63,936 nucleotides of DNA, filler included, from an uncultured bacterium (GCA_964471275.1; 5 parts of 5 records of this genome joined end to end with filler, not necessarily neighbours in it); one strand, 5' to 3'. Shown: positions 20,081 through 30,475, counted from the first letter of the whole stretch. Notes: generated from the letters alone by a model not told the origin. A program made the numbers and translations.

Positions 20081-20988
20081 GCGTCTTCTCCCTTCCGCAG
20101 GATGTAGGCCAGGATCGAAGCGCCGCACTCGGGATCATTCAGCGCATAGTCGATGAACGCCTCGTAATAGTTGCGGTGGTTCCCGATGTCATACCGTGTT
20201 TCGCCAGGCAGGAGTGGGACGCACTGTACCCGCTCACCCATCTCAATCAGACTCCGGATGGCGCCCGTGATGCCCTGCTCGGCATCCGTTGTGGAGGCGA
20301 CAGACCGGATGCGTTCAAAAATAGTTGGCGAAAAGACATAGCGAGCGCTGACGGCGAGATTGGTTGGCGCATCGGTAACGTTCGGTTTTTCGACAATGTC
20401 GGAAATGCGGAAGGCGTGGTCGGCCGATTCTCCCTTGTCAGGCTGGACGATGCCATATTGATCCACCGTATCCGCTGACACGGGCCGTACTCCGATCGTA
20501 ACCACGGCATCTGTTTCCCTGTGGGCCTGGATGAGACGTTCTGTGAATGAAGGGGTCTCGTCTGATCGGATGATTGTGTCCCCGTATGCGACAACAAAAG
20601 GCTCGTCGCCGACGAAGCTCTCGCCCGTAAGGATCGCCTCGCCCGTCCCGCCAGGCGCTGTGGTACCCGGAGAAGCTTGCTGTCGGGAGTAGAAGAACTC
20701 GATCCCCCGCTGCTTGTAGTCGAAATCACCCAGTGCGTCCAGACGATCATTCTCGTCTAGATGACGGATCAGGTCCGTGTTATTGTCGAACTGGTTCTCG
20801 ATAATGGTTTTGGAGCGGGACGTCACAAAAAGGAGTTCGGTCAACCTGGCCGAGGCCATTTCCTCCACGACGTGCTGGATTACGGGGATTCTGCCGATTG
20901 GCAGCATTTCTTTTGGCAGGGCCTTCGTCGTCGGGAGTAGGCGTGTACCGAGCCCTGCGACAGGGATGACGACTTTGCGGATATCCAA
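20077..20988 (-). CDS. galU: UTP--glucose-1-phosphate uridylyltransferase
   Basis: KVVIPVAGLGTRLLPTTKALPKEMLPI, IVEKP, RYDIGN; TTG start at 20988. Confidence 0.85.
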   Translation of the reverse strand: MDIRKVVIPVAGLGTRLLPTTKALPKEMLPIGRIPVIQHVVEEMASARLTELLFVTSRSKTIIENQFDNNTDLIRHLDENDRLDALGDFDYKQRGIEFFYSRQQASPGTTAPGGTGEAILTGESFVGDEPFVVAYGDTIIRSDETPSFTERLIQAHRETDAVVTIGVRPVSADTVDQYGIVQPDKGESADHAFRISDIVEKPNVTDAPTNLAVSARYVFSPTIFERIRSVASTTDAEQGITGAIRSLIEMGERVQCVPLLPGETRYDIGNHRNYYEAFIDYALNDPECGASILAYILRKGEDA

Positions 20989-21137
20989 GTAAGCGCCTTT
21001 CGGGTTCCAGGAAACCGGAGGATCTCTATCAGTCCGAACAGAATCCGGCTCAACAACTAAAGATACCGGTCGTCGTAACAACTGTCAAATATTGGACTTG
21101 CGAGCGAGTTCTCCTTTGATATTCATTATCGTAGACT

Positions 21138-23438
21138 TTGCGTAATGAGACGAATAAGGCTAAATTCTGCGATGTAACAGCCGGGCAACACCACTCTTTA
21201 TGGATCGGGAAGTTGTCACTACATATTTTATTGTTTTTTATTGGTTTATGTCCTGTCTGGGGTGCCCCAGATCCCGCGAACCAGGACTCGATCCGCCAAA
21301 TTGCCCGCACCCACATCGAGGCAAGCCGGCCGAAAGCGGCGGTTGATGTATTGCGCAGCCTTGAAAAACAGGGCCTTGCCGACGCGCAAGATTTCCTGTT
21401 GATGGGAGAAACGTATCTGTCGTTTCGGGACCGGGGGAAGGCGAAGCGCGCCTACAAGAAGGCGATTAAGCACGGCGCGGAAGCTGACGGATACCACGGT
21501 ATCGGTCTTATCTATGACGGTATGGGGGCCCACGGTCACCTAGCGCTGGTCAATTTCCGCAGGGCGCTCGGAACAGACCCCGGCCACGCAGAATCACAAT
21601 TTCAGATTGCCCAGATCTATCGAACTCTTCGTCCGCTGGACGCGGAGTTAGCGTATCGAACGACAATCGATCTGGACGAGAAACACCCGGATGCGTACTT
21701 CCAGCTTGGGAAGCTGCTCGAGAGCAAAGGCAGACTGTTCGAGGCCAAGGCAGCCTATAGGCGGCAGATCGATGAGAATCCGGCCCACGGCTTTGCCAGT
21801 CTGAATCTGGGGAGGCAGATGTACGTAGAGGGAAGGAAACGGGCCGCAGCAGAGATATTCGGAGATCTCATGGACGCAGGAGGAGAGGTCGAAACGGCAT
21901 CGTATCTCGAGATGGCGTTGATGAGCCACGATGCCCAGGACTTCGAGAACGCCGCTGACCTGTTCAACGCGTATATGGGACGTCTACCGGTAGAGCAACT
22001 CGCGCCGTTTACAGATATCGAGTACGTGGCTTCGCGTGAGGACCTCGCCATTCTGGCGGGTGTTCCGGCCGATGAGCGTGATGAGATGCGCCGTCGCTAT
22101 TGGGCACGTCTGGACCCCGCACCCCTGTCGAAGGCGAACGAGCGACTCCTCGAGCACTACCGACGCGTTGCCTTCTCTCTGAGCCGATTCTCTGAGGGTG
22201 AGCAGCCATTCGATGAACGCGGCCGCGCCCATATCCGACTCGGGATGCCTGATCACGTGAGCCGGTCAGGCGACATCTCCGGCGAAGTTGACCCCTACCT
22301 GATGCGGGCACGTGAGAACTTCGTATCCAGGATGCGTCTTGGCGTGGAAGTTCGGCCTGGCTTGCCTACGTATCCGGTAAGTAACGCAATCCAGTGGGAG
22401 TACTGGGTCTACGCAGACATAGACGATGGAATCGAGCTCACGTTCACCAGCAAGTTCTCCGACGGGAAATATCGGTTCGCCGATATCCCGTCGATGGAGT
22501 CTCTGGCCGGGATCAACGAGCTGCTGAGTCTGCACGGAGATCAGGTCGTCGGGGAGGTGCGTCGGAAGGCTTCTTCACGATATACGCCTGACTTTGCGGA
22601 TCTGCCGATCGATTTCTATTACTATCCTGCCTCCTTTCGGGGTGACCACGAGCAAACGCGTCTCGAGGTCTACTACGGGCTTCCCGCAGACGACATTGCG
22701 CGCTCTCGACAGGATGATAGCGATCTGATTGTTTTCGATCGAGCAATCGCCCTGCACGACAGTGTTTGGAATGAAGTCCATCGGGTGACAGACCAGATGG
22801 TCTTTCGTGCGCCGTCCGAGCAGCAGGTTGTTGTGGGTGCTTTTATTCCTGGCGTGATGCCTGTGGACTTGCCATCGGGCGACTATTGGATGTCTCTACA
22901 GATACGGGATCGTGTTTCAGGCAAATCGCAGGTCTACAACCAGCCGATCCATCTCGACAACTATGCCTCGGGTGACGCCCTTCAGATAAGCGACATCGAG
23001 CTGGCCTTCTACGTCGGTGAGGCGACTGACAATGACGATACGTTCACAAAGAACGGTTTGCGAGTGATTCCAATGTCATCGAAATCGTTTCAGCGTGAGC
23101 AGAACGCGTTTGTTTACTTTGAGATCTACAATCTGTGGCGCGACAGCTTTGGGCAATCTCGATACAAGGTCGAGTACACGGTCCGCTCACACACGGAGCG
23201 GTCTACACCTGCAAGAATCCTGCGTGGGATCGGCCGGATTCTACATGTTGTGGAAGGGGAGCAGGAAGTGAAGGTGTCTTTCGAGCAGACGGGCGAATCT
23301 GACACGGATATCGCTTATGTTGAACTTGACATCACAGAGTCACGACCCGGTGGGCAGATGGTCAGTGTCAAGGTGACGGACCTGGTAACCGAGAAGTCTG
23401 CTGAGAAGTCGATCCGGTTCTCGGTGGATGGCCATTAG
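21138..23438 (+). CDS. TPR-repeat GWxTD domain-containing exported protein (paralog of 11185-13542)
   Basis: TPRs, YWARLDP...NERLLEHYRRV...FDERGRAHIRLGMPD, WEYWVY, FVYFEIYNL; exact start uncertain. Confidence 0.8.
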   Translation: MRNETNKAKFCDVTAGQHHSLWIGKLSLHILLFFIGLCPVWGAPDPANQDSIRQIARTHIEASRPKAAVDVLRSLEKQGLADAQDFLLMGETYLSFRDRGKAKRAYKKAIKHGAEADGYHGIGLIYDGMGAHGHLALVNFRRALGTDPGHAESQFQIAQIYRTLRPLDAELAYRTTIDLDEKHPDAYFQLGKLLESKGRLFEAKAAYRRQIDENPAHGFASLNLGRQMYVEGRKRAAAEIFGDLMDAGGEVETASYLEMALMSHDAQDFENAADLFNAYMGRLPVEQLAPFTDIEYVASREDLAILAGVPADERDEMRRRYWARLDPAPLSKANERLLEHYRRVAFSLSRFSEGEQPFDERGRAHIRLGMPDHVSRSGDISGEVDPYLMRARENFVSRMRLGVEVRPGLPTYPVSNAIQWEYWVYADIDDGIELTFTSKFSDGKYRFADIPSMESLAGINELLSLHGDQVVGEVRRKASSRYTPDFADLPIDFYYYPASFRGDHEQTRLEVYYGLPADDIARSRQDDSDLIVFDRAIALHDSVWNEVHRVTDQMVFRAPSEQQVVVGAFIPGVMPVDLPSGDYWMSLQIRDRVSGKSQVYNQPIHLDNYASGDALQISDIELAFYVGEATDNDDTFTKNGLRVIPMSSKSFQREQNAFVYFEIYNLWRDSFGQSRYKVEYTVRSHTERSTPARILRGIGRILHVVEGEQEVKVSFEQTGESDTDIAYVELDITESRPGGQMVSVKVTDLVTEKSAEKSIRFSVDGH

Positions 23439-24834
23439 AGTGGCTGACCGTTCGGTTCTCTCGAATCTGCCCGGGGTCGATCGTGTTCTGGGATCCGATC
23501 AGCTGGGGCTGCTCAAGGAGAGTCTATCGCTCGAGCATCTGACTGCGATCGTGCGCCGGAGCGTCGATCTCGTGCGTGATGACATTCTCTCAGGAAAGCC
23601 GAGAGCCGATGACCTTTTTGAGGAGGTCCTGACCGAGGTGGCCTCTGCAGCAGACCTCTATCTGTGGCCCTCGCTCCAGAGAGTGGTGAATGCTACGGGT
23701 GTTGTTCTTCATACCAACATGGGGAGAGCCCCTCTCTCTCGAGTTGCCGTGGATCGCATCGTGTCGATCGCTTCTGGATATACCAACCTGGAACTGGATC
23801 TCGACACTGGTGAACGTGGATCGAGGATCGAGTTAGTGAACGACCTCATTTGCCGGCTGACAGGGGCCGAGGCCGCCGCCGTGGTCAACAACAATGCCGC
23901 GGCCGTGCTCCTGGGACTGAACACGCTGGCACAAGGGAAGGAAGCGATCGTCTCCAGGGGCCAGCTTGTCGAGATCGGGGGCTCCTTCCGTATTCCGGAC
24001 ATTATGGAGCGCAGCGGGGCCCGGATGGTCGAGGTCGGGACCACGAACAGGACCCATACAAGTGATTACGAATCGGCGATCACGGACGAAACAGGTCTGC
24101 TGCTCTCCGTAAACCCGAGCAACTACGAGGTTGTCGGGTTTACGGCGGAGGTGGCGCTGAAAGAGCTTTCCCGAATCGGCTGCGAGCACGATGTCCCAGT
24201 TCTTCATGACCTGGGAGCCGGGTGCCTGATCGATACTCGCACGATGGGCCTCGGCTACGAACCCCTCGTGTCCGACAGTGTAGCCGCAGGTGCAGATGTG
24301 GTGACCTTCAGTGGTGACAAGATCCTGGGGGGGCCACAGTGTGGAATCCTGGTCGGTAAAGAAGATGCGATATCGAGTATCCGGAAGAATCCACTCACGC
24401 GGGCATTGCGCTGCGACAAGCTGGTCTATGCAGCCCTGGAAGCGACCCTCCAGTTGTTCCTGGACCGTAAGAGCCTTGCAGCTCAGCATCCCGTGATCCG
24501 GATGCTGACGGAATCAGCGGATTCGGTTCGGGCGCGTGCGACACTTCTCGAGAGCAGCATCGGGGACGTGGACGCAGACGTGACGGTTGTGGAATCCGAG
24601 GGGCAGGTCGGCAGCGGCGCTCTCCCTATCGAGAAGGTTCCGAGCTCGGCGGTCCGGATCCAACCCACGAGTTGCTCCGTGGCCGACCTCGCACGTTCGC
24701 TTCGGTTAGGTTCTACGCCTGTTGTCGGCTACACGAGAGAGAATGCGCTTCATCTCGATGTCAGAACCGTCGGGGAGGAAGACGTTCGGATCGTGGCTGA
24801 GGCGGTGCAGGTCGCTCTGCAAGCGGGAGGCTGA
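23428..24834 (+). CDS. selA: L-seryl-tRNA(Sec) selenium transferase
   Basis: VVNATGVVLHTNMGRAP, VVNNNAAA, EIGGSFRIP, EVGTTNRT, FSGDKILGGPQ PLP lysine; alternative GTG start at 23440. Confidence 0.96.
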   Translation: MAIRVADRSVLSNLPGVDRVLGSDQLGLLKESLSLEHLTAIVRRSVDLVRDDILSGKPRADDLFEEVLTEVASAADLYLWPSLQRVVNATGVVLHTNMGRAPLSRVAVDRIVSIASGYTNLELDLDTGERGSRIELVNDLICRLTGAEAAAVVNNNAAAVLLGLNTLAQGKEAIVSRGQLVEIGGSFRIPDIMERSGARMVEVGTTNRTHTSDYESAITDETGLLLSVNPSNYEVVGFTAEVALKELSRIGCEHDVPVLHDLGAGCLIDTRTMGLGYEPLVSDSVAAGADVVTFSGDKILGGPQCGILVGKEDAISSIRKNPLTRALRCDKLVYAALEATLQLFLDRKSLAAQHPVIRMLTESADSVRARATLLESSIGDVDADVTVVESEGQVGSGALPIEKVPSSAVRIQPTSCSVADLARSLRLGSTPVVGYTRENALHLDVRTVGEEDVRIVAEAVQVALQAGG

Positions 24835-24835
24835 G

Positions 24836-26737
24836 GTGTCGCACGTCATCATCGGCACGGCGGGTCACATCGATCACGGAAAGACCGCGCTTGTGAGGGC
24901 CTTGACCGGGATCGAAACCGACACGCTGCCGGAGGAGCAGTCACGGGGTGTGACGATTGATATCGGTTTCGCCTACTGGCGAGACAATGTCACGATTATC
25001 GATGTGCCCGGGCACGAGCGATTTGTGAAGAACATGGTTACGGGTGTCTGCACGGTGGATATCGCTGTGTTTGTGATCGCGGCAGATGACGGTCCTATGC
25101 CCCAGACCCGCGAACATCTCGGGATTCTCAATCTGCTCGATGTGAGCCGAGGCGTGATCGCATTGACCAAGACAGATCTTGTCGAACCAGACTGGGTTGA
25201 ACTCGTGACCGACGAGATTGGGGAGTTGGTCCGGGGGACGTTCCTGGAAGATGCACCGATCGTACCCGTGTCGAGTGAGACGGGAGCCGGTATCGACGGT
25301 CTGCGCGAACTACTGGATGGCGAGATCGCGGATGTGACCGCACGACCGGATCGAGGCGTCTTCCGGCTGCCGATCGATCGCGCATTCTCTGTGCGTGGAT
25401 TCGGGACCGTAGTGACCGGCACGGTGATTTCCGGTGCCGTGAGTACAAAAGACGAAGCCGTTCTGCTGCCTTCCGGGAAACCCGTCCGGGTGCGCGGGAT
25501 CCAGACACACGGTCAAGACGTTGTTGACGCGCGTGTTGGGGCTCGGGCGGCGGTCAACGTCACGGGTGTCGAGGTGGATGATGTGGAGCGCGGCGATCTG
25601 CTCTGCGAGCCCGGCTATTTCGATGCCACCTACATGATCGATGTGCGTTTACAGGCTCTGGCTGACGCGCCTGCTCCGATAAAGAATCGTTCACGCGTGC
25701 ATCTGCATCTGGGACCAAGGGAAGTTTTGGCTCGGGTGATTCTTCTCGAGTCCGATGAGCTTGCGGCCGGAGAATCGGGACTTGCACAGCTGCGGCTCGA
25801 GGCGCCAGGTGTCGCAGCGAAGGGGGATCGATTCGTCATCCGGCGATACTCTCCCGTTGTCACGCTTGGCGGGGGTATCGTTCTCGATTCCAGTCCTCAC
25901 AAACACACAAGGCGGAAAATAGAGGTGATCGAGAGCTTGCGTCGGCTCGAACACGACGACCCCGTAGAGGTGCTGGATGCCCGCCTGAGGTCCGTCGGAT
26001 GGTTTTCGATCTCCTCTGCGCAGGTGGCCTCTGATCTGGCCGTGTCGGATACCGAGGCGAAGAGGCTGATCGATTTACTGGCGGCGAAGGACACAGTGCA
26101 CGCCTTCTCATCCGGTGGCGGTAACCGTTATGTCCACACGCAGAACCTGGGGGAACTGAAGGACCGCATCCTCACAGCGGCAGCGATCTACCACACCGAC
26201 AATCCATTATCCGGTGGGCTTCGCCAGCGCGAACTGCACGACCTGATCGGGAAGCACTCCGAGGACGCGGTGTATGAAGCAGCAGTCGACAGTCTTCTGG
26301 ATGAAGGCGTTCTGGTTGGCGAGGGGGCCGTGCTGAGGAGGGCCGACCACAAGATCGAGCTCTCGGGTACGCAGGCGGAAGTTCGCGATCAGATCCTGGC
26401 TGACCTGGTGGGTGGGGGAGCGGCCCCGCCGGATCTTGCCGAACTGATGGTCAAGCACGCGACCAGCCCGGTTGAGGAGATCGTCGAAGCCATGCGGACC
26501 GTCGGAGATCTGGTCCGGCTGGATGACGGCCTTCTGTTCGCCCCACAGGTCCTTGTGAATATCGAGTCCGAGATGGTATCGTTCCTCAGAGATCGGGGCG
26601 AGATGGGTGTCGCGGATTTTCGTGACCTCGTCGGTACGACTCGGAAGTATGCGGTTCCCCTTTTGAATTACTTCGATGGCCGTGGGCTTACGGAGAGACA
26701 GGGAGATGTGCGCGTGTTGCGTGAGGGGGCAGCGTGA
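24836..26737 (+). CDS. selB: Selenocysteine-specific elongation factor
   Basis: IIGTAGHIDHGKT, RGVTIDIG, DVPGHERFVKNM, C-terminal winged helix TRKYAVPLLNYFD; GTG start 1 nt after the selA stop. Confidence 0.96.
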   Translation: MSHVIIGTAGHIDHGKTALVRALTGIETDTLPEEQSRGVTIDIGFAYWRDNVTIIDVPGHERFVKNMVTGVCTVDIAVFVIAADDGPMPQTREHLGILNLLDVSRGVIALTKTDLVEPDWVELVTDEIGELVRGTFLEDAPIVPVSSETGAGIDGLRELLDGEIADVTARPDRGVFRLPIDRAFSVRGFGTVVTGTVISGAVSTKDEAVLLPSGKPVRVRGIQTHGQDVVDARVGARAAVNVTGVEVDDVERGDLLCEPGYFDATYMIDVRLQALADAPAPIKNRSRVHLHLGPREVLARVILLESDELAAGESGLAQLRLEAPGVAAKGDRFVIRRYSPVVTLGGGIVLDSSPHKHTRRKIEVIESLRRLEHDDPVEVLDARLRSVGWFSISSAQVASDLAVSDTEAKRLIDLLAAKDTVHAFSSGGGNRYVHTQNLGELKDRILTAAAIYHTDNPLSGGLRQRELHDLIGKHSEDAVYEAAVDSLLDEGVLVGEGAVLRRADHKIELSGTQAEVRDQILADLVGGGAAPPDLAELMVKHATSPVEEIVEAMRTVGDLVRLDDGLLFAPQVLVNIESEMVSFLRDRGEMGVADFRDLVGTTRKYAVPLLNYFDGRGLTERQGDVRVLREGAA

Positions 26738-26823
26738 CTTCTGTTAAGTTTGGCCATCGATGATGGCGATAAGCTTGCGGGTTTCTCCACGGAAGGGCGT
26801 CTCCTGGCGCCGCTGGAGGCCTT

Positions 26824-27059
26824 TGACCTGCCCCCTGGAATGTTACCAGTCCTAAAGTTAGGATATGGGACATAGAAAGGGGTCATCGTGGCAAGGAAGC
26901 GTTACACAGCATCCTAGCTATGGATGTGGACACATAGATGGGGGCAGGTCAGTGATTTGCCTGTCCGCAGTATGTGGGCTAGAATGGACTCTGAGACAGT
27001 GGCGTAGTCACACCGTAGACACATTGAAGAAGGGAGGAGGGAGACTGTCGGATGCCTGA
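26824..27059 (+). mobile_element. Degenerate IS3-family left end with decayed orfA start
   Basis: TGACCTGCCCCC terminal-IR-like start, CTAAAGTTAG, ribosome-binding site AAAGGGG then GTG-ARKRYTAS-stop; later 'WR...GG..SDA' fragment. Confidence 0.55.
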
Positions 27060-27100
27060 ATCGGCACATCCTTAATTCTGACAACGAGATATAGAATAGC

Positions 27101-27198
27101 GGGAATGAAAGGGGAACTGGTGTCCCTCGCGGATTTCAAATCCGTTGTTGCGTGCTAAAACCACGCTGGGTGGGTTCGATTCCCGCACATTCCCGCCA
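27101..27198 (+). tRNA. selC: tRNA-Sec (anticodon UCA)
   Basis: Acceptor GGGAATG/CATTCCC plus G-CCA; anticodon arm GCGGA-TTTCAAA-TCCGT with TCA at 27136-27138; long variable arm GCGTG/CACGC; GTGGG-TTCGATT-CCCGC T arm; downstream of selAB. Confidence 0.95.
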
Positions 27199-27208
27199 AT
27201 AACACAAG

Positions 27209-27241
27209 ACGGGACGGCCCAGAAAGGTCGTCCCGTTTTCT
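27209..27241 (+). terminator. Intrinsic terminator after selC
   Basis: ACGGGACGGCC-loop-GGTCGTCCCGT followed by TTTCT. Confidence 0.75.
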
Positions 27242-27290
27242 ATGCACAATTGACAAGGCGAGAATCGCCGATTAGATTGATCCGGACAAC

Positions 27291-27328
27291 AAAAAAGCAC
27301 CGGCCGAGCTTTCGGCGGTGCTATTTTT
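27291..27328. terminator. Second terminator-like hairpin, possibly bidirectional
   Basis: AAAAAAGCACCGGCCGAGCTTTCGGCGGTGCTATTTTT. Confidence 0.6.
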
Positions 27329-27444
27329 GATCGGCCTGACAACGCTTTGATGGACCTACACTCCCCAGAGAGGTCCCGCGCTGTTGGGCCGATATCCAGA
27401 GAGAGAATAGGCTGTCCGTCACCCCCGGTCAAGGAGAAAGACCC

Positions 27445-28137
27445 ATGAAGCGCGTTGGTCTGGCGATACTTCTTTCGGTATGCACCTCGTACCAGGTTTC
27501 GGCGTGGTGGGCGAGTGGTCACGGGACGATCACACTGGCAGCCGTAAAGGCGACGCCGGAGGTCCCGGAATTCTTCAAGCAGGGGGCAGGATTCATCTCC
27601 CACATGGCATTCGATCCTGATGTGGCAAAAAATAAGGGCATCCCGTTGGCGCGTGCGGCAGAGTACGGTGAGCATTTTCTAGATCTGGAACTGCTCGAAG
27701 GTCGTCCCTTGCCGACGAAGCGATATGAGTTCATTGCCCTGTGCCAGGAGGTGGGTGTCAAGCCTGAGACGGTTGGTCTGGCGCCCTACGCTTTGTCAGA
27801 ATGGACGGAGCGTCTTGCTATCGCGTTTGCCGAGCACCGAAAATGGCCTGACAATCCTTACATACAGGCGAAGTGTCAAGTCTATGCCGGTATCCTGTCT
27901 CACTATGCTGAGGATATCTGTCAGCCGTTGCACCTGACGATTCACTACAACGGACGCAAGGATGCTGAGGGGAACATCGATCAGAAGGGAATCCACGCCA
28001 AGGTTGACGGTTTTCCTGATTTCTTCGAGATGAACGCAGATGAGCTGGCAGCAGGGCTCGAGGTTGTGCCTGTGGATTCATTGATGGCTGGAATCATGGA
28101 GCAGGTAGCCCGAGGCTTCAAGCTTGTCGATCGCGTG
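27445..28137 (+). CDS. Secreted S1/P1 nuclease or zinc phospholipase C-like protein (3' end cut by contig end)
   Basis: Signal peptide then WWASGH; DPD; EHFLD; LSHYAEDICQPLH; IHAKVD. Confidence 0.75.
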
Positions 28138-28237
28138 NNNNNNNNNNNNNNNNNNNNNNNNNNNNNNNNNNNNNNNNNNNNTTAATTAATTAANNNNNNN
28201 NNNNNNNNNNNNNNNNNNNNNNNNNNNNNNNNNNNNN
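28138..28237. other. Artificial contig spacer
   Basis: N44-TTAATTAATTAA-N44. Confidence 0.97.
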
Positions 28238-28888
28238 TGCCAGGATCGAGAGACCAGTTCCGACACCGGACAGGACAAACAGCGTTGCATAGTTGTCCGG
28301 AAAAGTCAGCCCGCTCCTGTCACTCAACATCCACGAAATCAACGCACCTGACAGCATCGCCGTCCCCCCGCCGGCCAACCGCCTAGCCGCGAACATCCGG
28401 GCCCGATCCGAAGACGGTACGGACTTTCCAATGATGTCCATCCAGGGCACGTTGGTGATACCCGTGCAAGACGTCGCCAGCCCATACATCACCATAAAGG
28501 TGACGATAAGCACCGATGGTCTGCCCGCTCCCATCCACATCGTCAACAGACCGAGGGCGATCCACATCAGTGTGCGAACCGTGCCGGCAGTCACAAACAT
28601 CGGCATCTTCCTCGGCATCGGTTCCACAACGCGCGAGATAAACACCTGGGGCCACGCCCACCCGATCCGCATCAACGCACCGGCCAAACCGACCATCACG
28701 CTCGATGTGCTCAACGTCTGCACAAACGCAGGAAGAACCAAATCGGAACTGACGAACGTCATCGCGGACATCATCAGGGCGCCGTTCGCAACGAGCAGCC
28801 AGAAGCTTCTTTTCTCGTTGCGAGCCTGACGTCTGACGGCAGCCTGCTTGGCGACGGTAGCAACTTTTCTGGTAGCTGATTCTCTCAA
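28238..28888 (-). CDS. MFS transporter (3' end cut by contig end)
   Basis: Multiple transmembrane helices; GWAWPQVF and NVPWMDIIGK shared with the adjacent paralog. Confidence 0.8.
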
Positions 28889-29022
28889 CGGTGGCTCTAC
28901 TCCGGAGTTGGTAAGACAGGTGTTTCAAAAGAGCGGAGGCGTTCAAGGTTCCAAGTGTAGGCAAGCTGCCGACGAATCGTGATACAGATCCAACGATGCA
29001 GCCCTCCTGAAACGCTTGTTCT

Positions 29023-30453
29023 TCACTTTTGGAGCGATTCAGCCTTGTTCGATAGCTTATCAACCGGGGATGGCGAGATACGACCCGCCAGGATGATCGC
29101 CGGGGGGATAAACAGGAGGGACACGAGGAACATATAGTGATAGCTCATCCACCCCGCGAGCAGGCCGCCAAGAATCGGCATCAGGCCCTGGGGAACACCC
29201 ATCGTATTCATAAAACTCGTGTAGGTCGGACGTCGGTCGGGAGGCGAGAGATCGAGCACGAGCGCCATACGGCCCGTAAACATGCCGCTCGTGGCAAAAC
29301 CGTTGAGCAGAAAAGTAAGGCAGAAATACAGAACACGTGTATCGATGCTAAAATCGACATCCAGCAGCGCCAGCGGCTGCATGGGAACACTGGCAATCAG
29401 GGGGATTGTAACGGGGATCAGGATCGACAGCCCCAGCATATAAGTGCCCGCTATCAGAAGCTCCCGATTCCCCCACCGCTGGCTGACCCAGGCCCAAACC
29501 GCATTTGAAAGAATTGACGAAGCCTGCGAAACGGAAACGAACAACCCCACATACACCACACCAAAGCCCAGATCCGAAATCGCGAACGGCACGTAAAATG
29601 AACTGCCCATCATCGCCGTCGCCCAGACATACCTCAGGATAAAGAGACGACGGTAATCGTCATCTTCCCGAAGCAGCCTGAACCCGCTCTTCAGATACGC
29701 ACGAATCGGTTCGCGCCCAGTTCTGACAGTCTCGATCGGCTCGCGGATGAGCCCGAAAACCAGAATCCCAACGGCTGTCAGAACTGCTGAAATCAAAAAT
29801 AGCACCGCGTAACTCTGCGGGAAGGCCAACCCGCTTCGTTCGCTCAAGACATAGGAGATCACACCGCCGCTGGCCACAGCCAGCCCCCCCCCGCAAAGAC
29901 GCCGCAGCGCAAACACACGTCCTCTTCGGCCCGCGGGCACGGTCTTCCCTATCACGTCCATCCAGGGAACATTTGTCACCCCCATCAGGGACGTGGTCAC
30001 GGCATACATCAACAAGAAAGCGCCCAGTACGATCGTCGAACGCTCACTAGCCAGAAACCAGATCATCGCGGCGGCCCCAAGCCAGACAGCAGAACGGAGC
30101 AGCCCCACCCAGATAAATAGCGGCTTCTTCTCTTCACGCTCCTCGATGATCCGCGAGATGAAAATCTGGGGCCAGGACCAGCCGATACGGATCAGGCTTC
30201 TCGAAAGCCCGACATAAACGCTCGATCCGGTCAATATCTGGATGAAAGCGGGAATAACGGTCTCAGAGCTCGAAAAGGACATCGCGAACTGCATCAGGCC
30301 ACCGTTCAGGATGACGAGACGGCTGTTTCGCTTTTCCTCACTCGTGTCGGAAGTCCTATGATTTGAAGCGATTTCTCTCAAGTAAGTTCCAGACTGGGTC
30401 CACCTTCTGTAGACAGGAAAGCGTTCCAGGTTCCAAAAAGCTCCTCGGTCCAC
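29023..30453 (-). CDS. MFS transporter
   Basis: About 12 transmembrane helices; GWSWPQIF, NVPWMDVIGK, LSPPDRRPTY; true start probably downstream of the track start. Confidence 0.85.
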   Translation of the reverse strand: MDRGAFWNLERFPVYRRWTQSGTYLREIASNHRTSDTSEEKRNSRLVILNGGLMQFAMSFSSSETVIPAFIQILTGSSVYVGLSRSLIRIGWSWPQIFISRIIEEREEKKPLFIWVGLLRSAVWLGAAAMIWFLASERSTIVLGAFLLMYAVTTSLMGVTNVPWMDVIGKTVPAGRRGRVFALRRLCGGGLAVASGGVISYVLSERSGLAFPQSYAVLFLISAVLTAVGILVFGLIREPIETVRTGREPIRAYLKSGFRLLREDDDYRRLFILRYVWATAMMGSSFYVPFAISDLGFGVVYVGLFVSVSQASSILSNAVWAWVSQRWGNRELLIAGTYMLGLSILIPVTIPLIASVPMQPLALLDVDFSIDTRVLYFCLTFLLNGFATSGMFTGRMALVLDLSPPDRRPTYTSFMNTMGVPQGLMPILGGLLAGWMSYHYMFLVSLLFIPPAIILAGRISPSPVDKLSNKAESLQK

Positions 30454-30475
30454 GAGCCTGTCACCGTTCGCCCTG

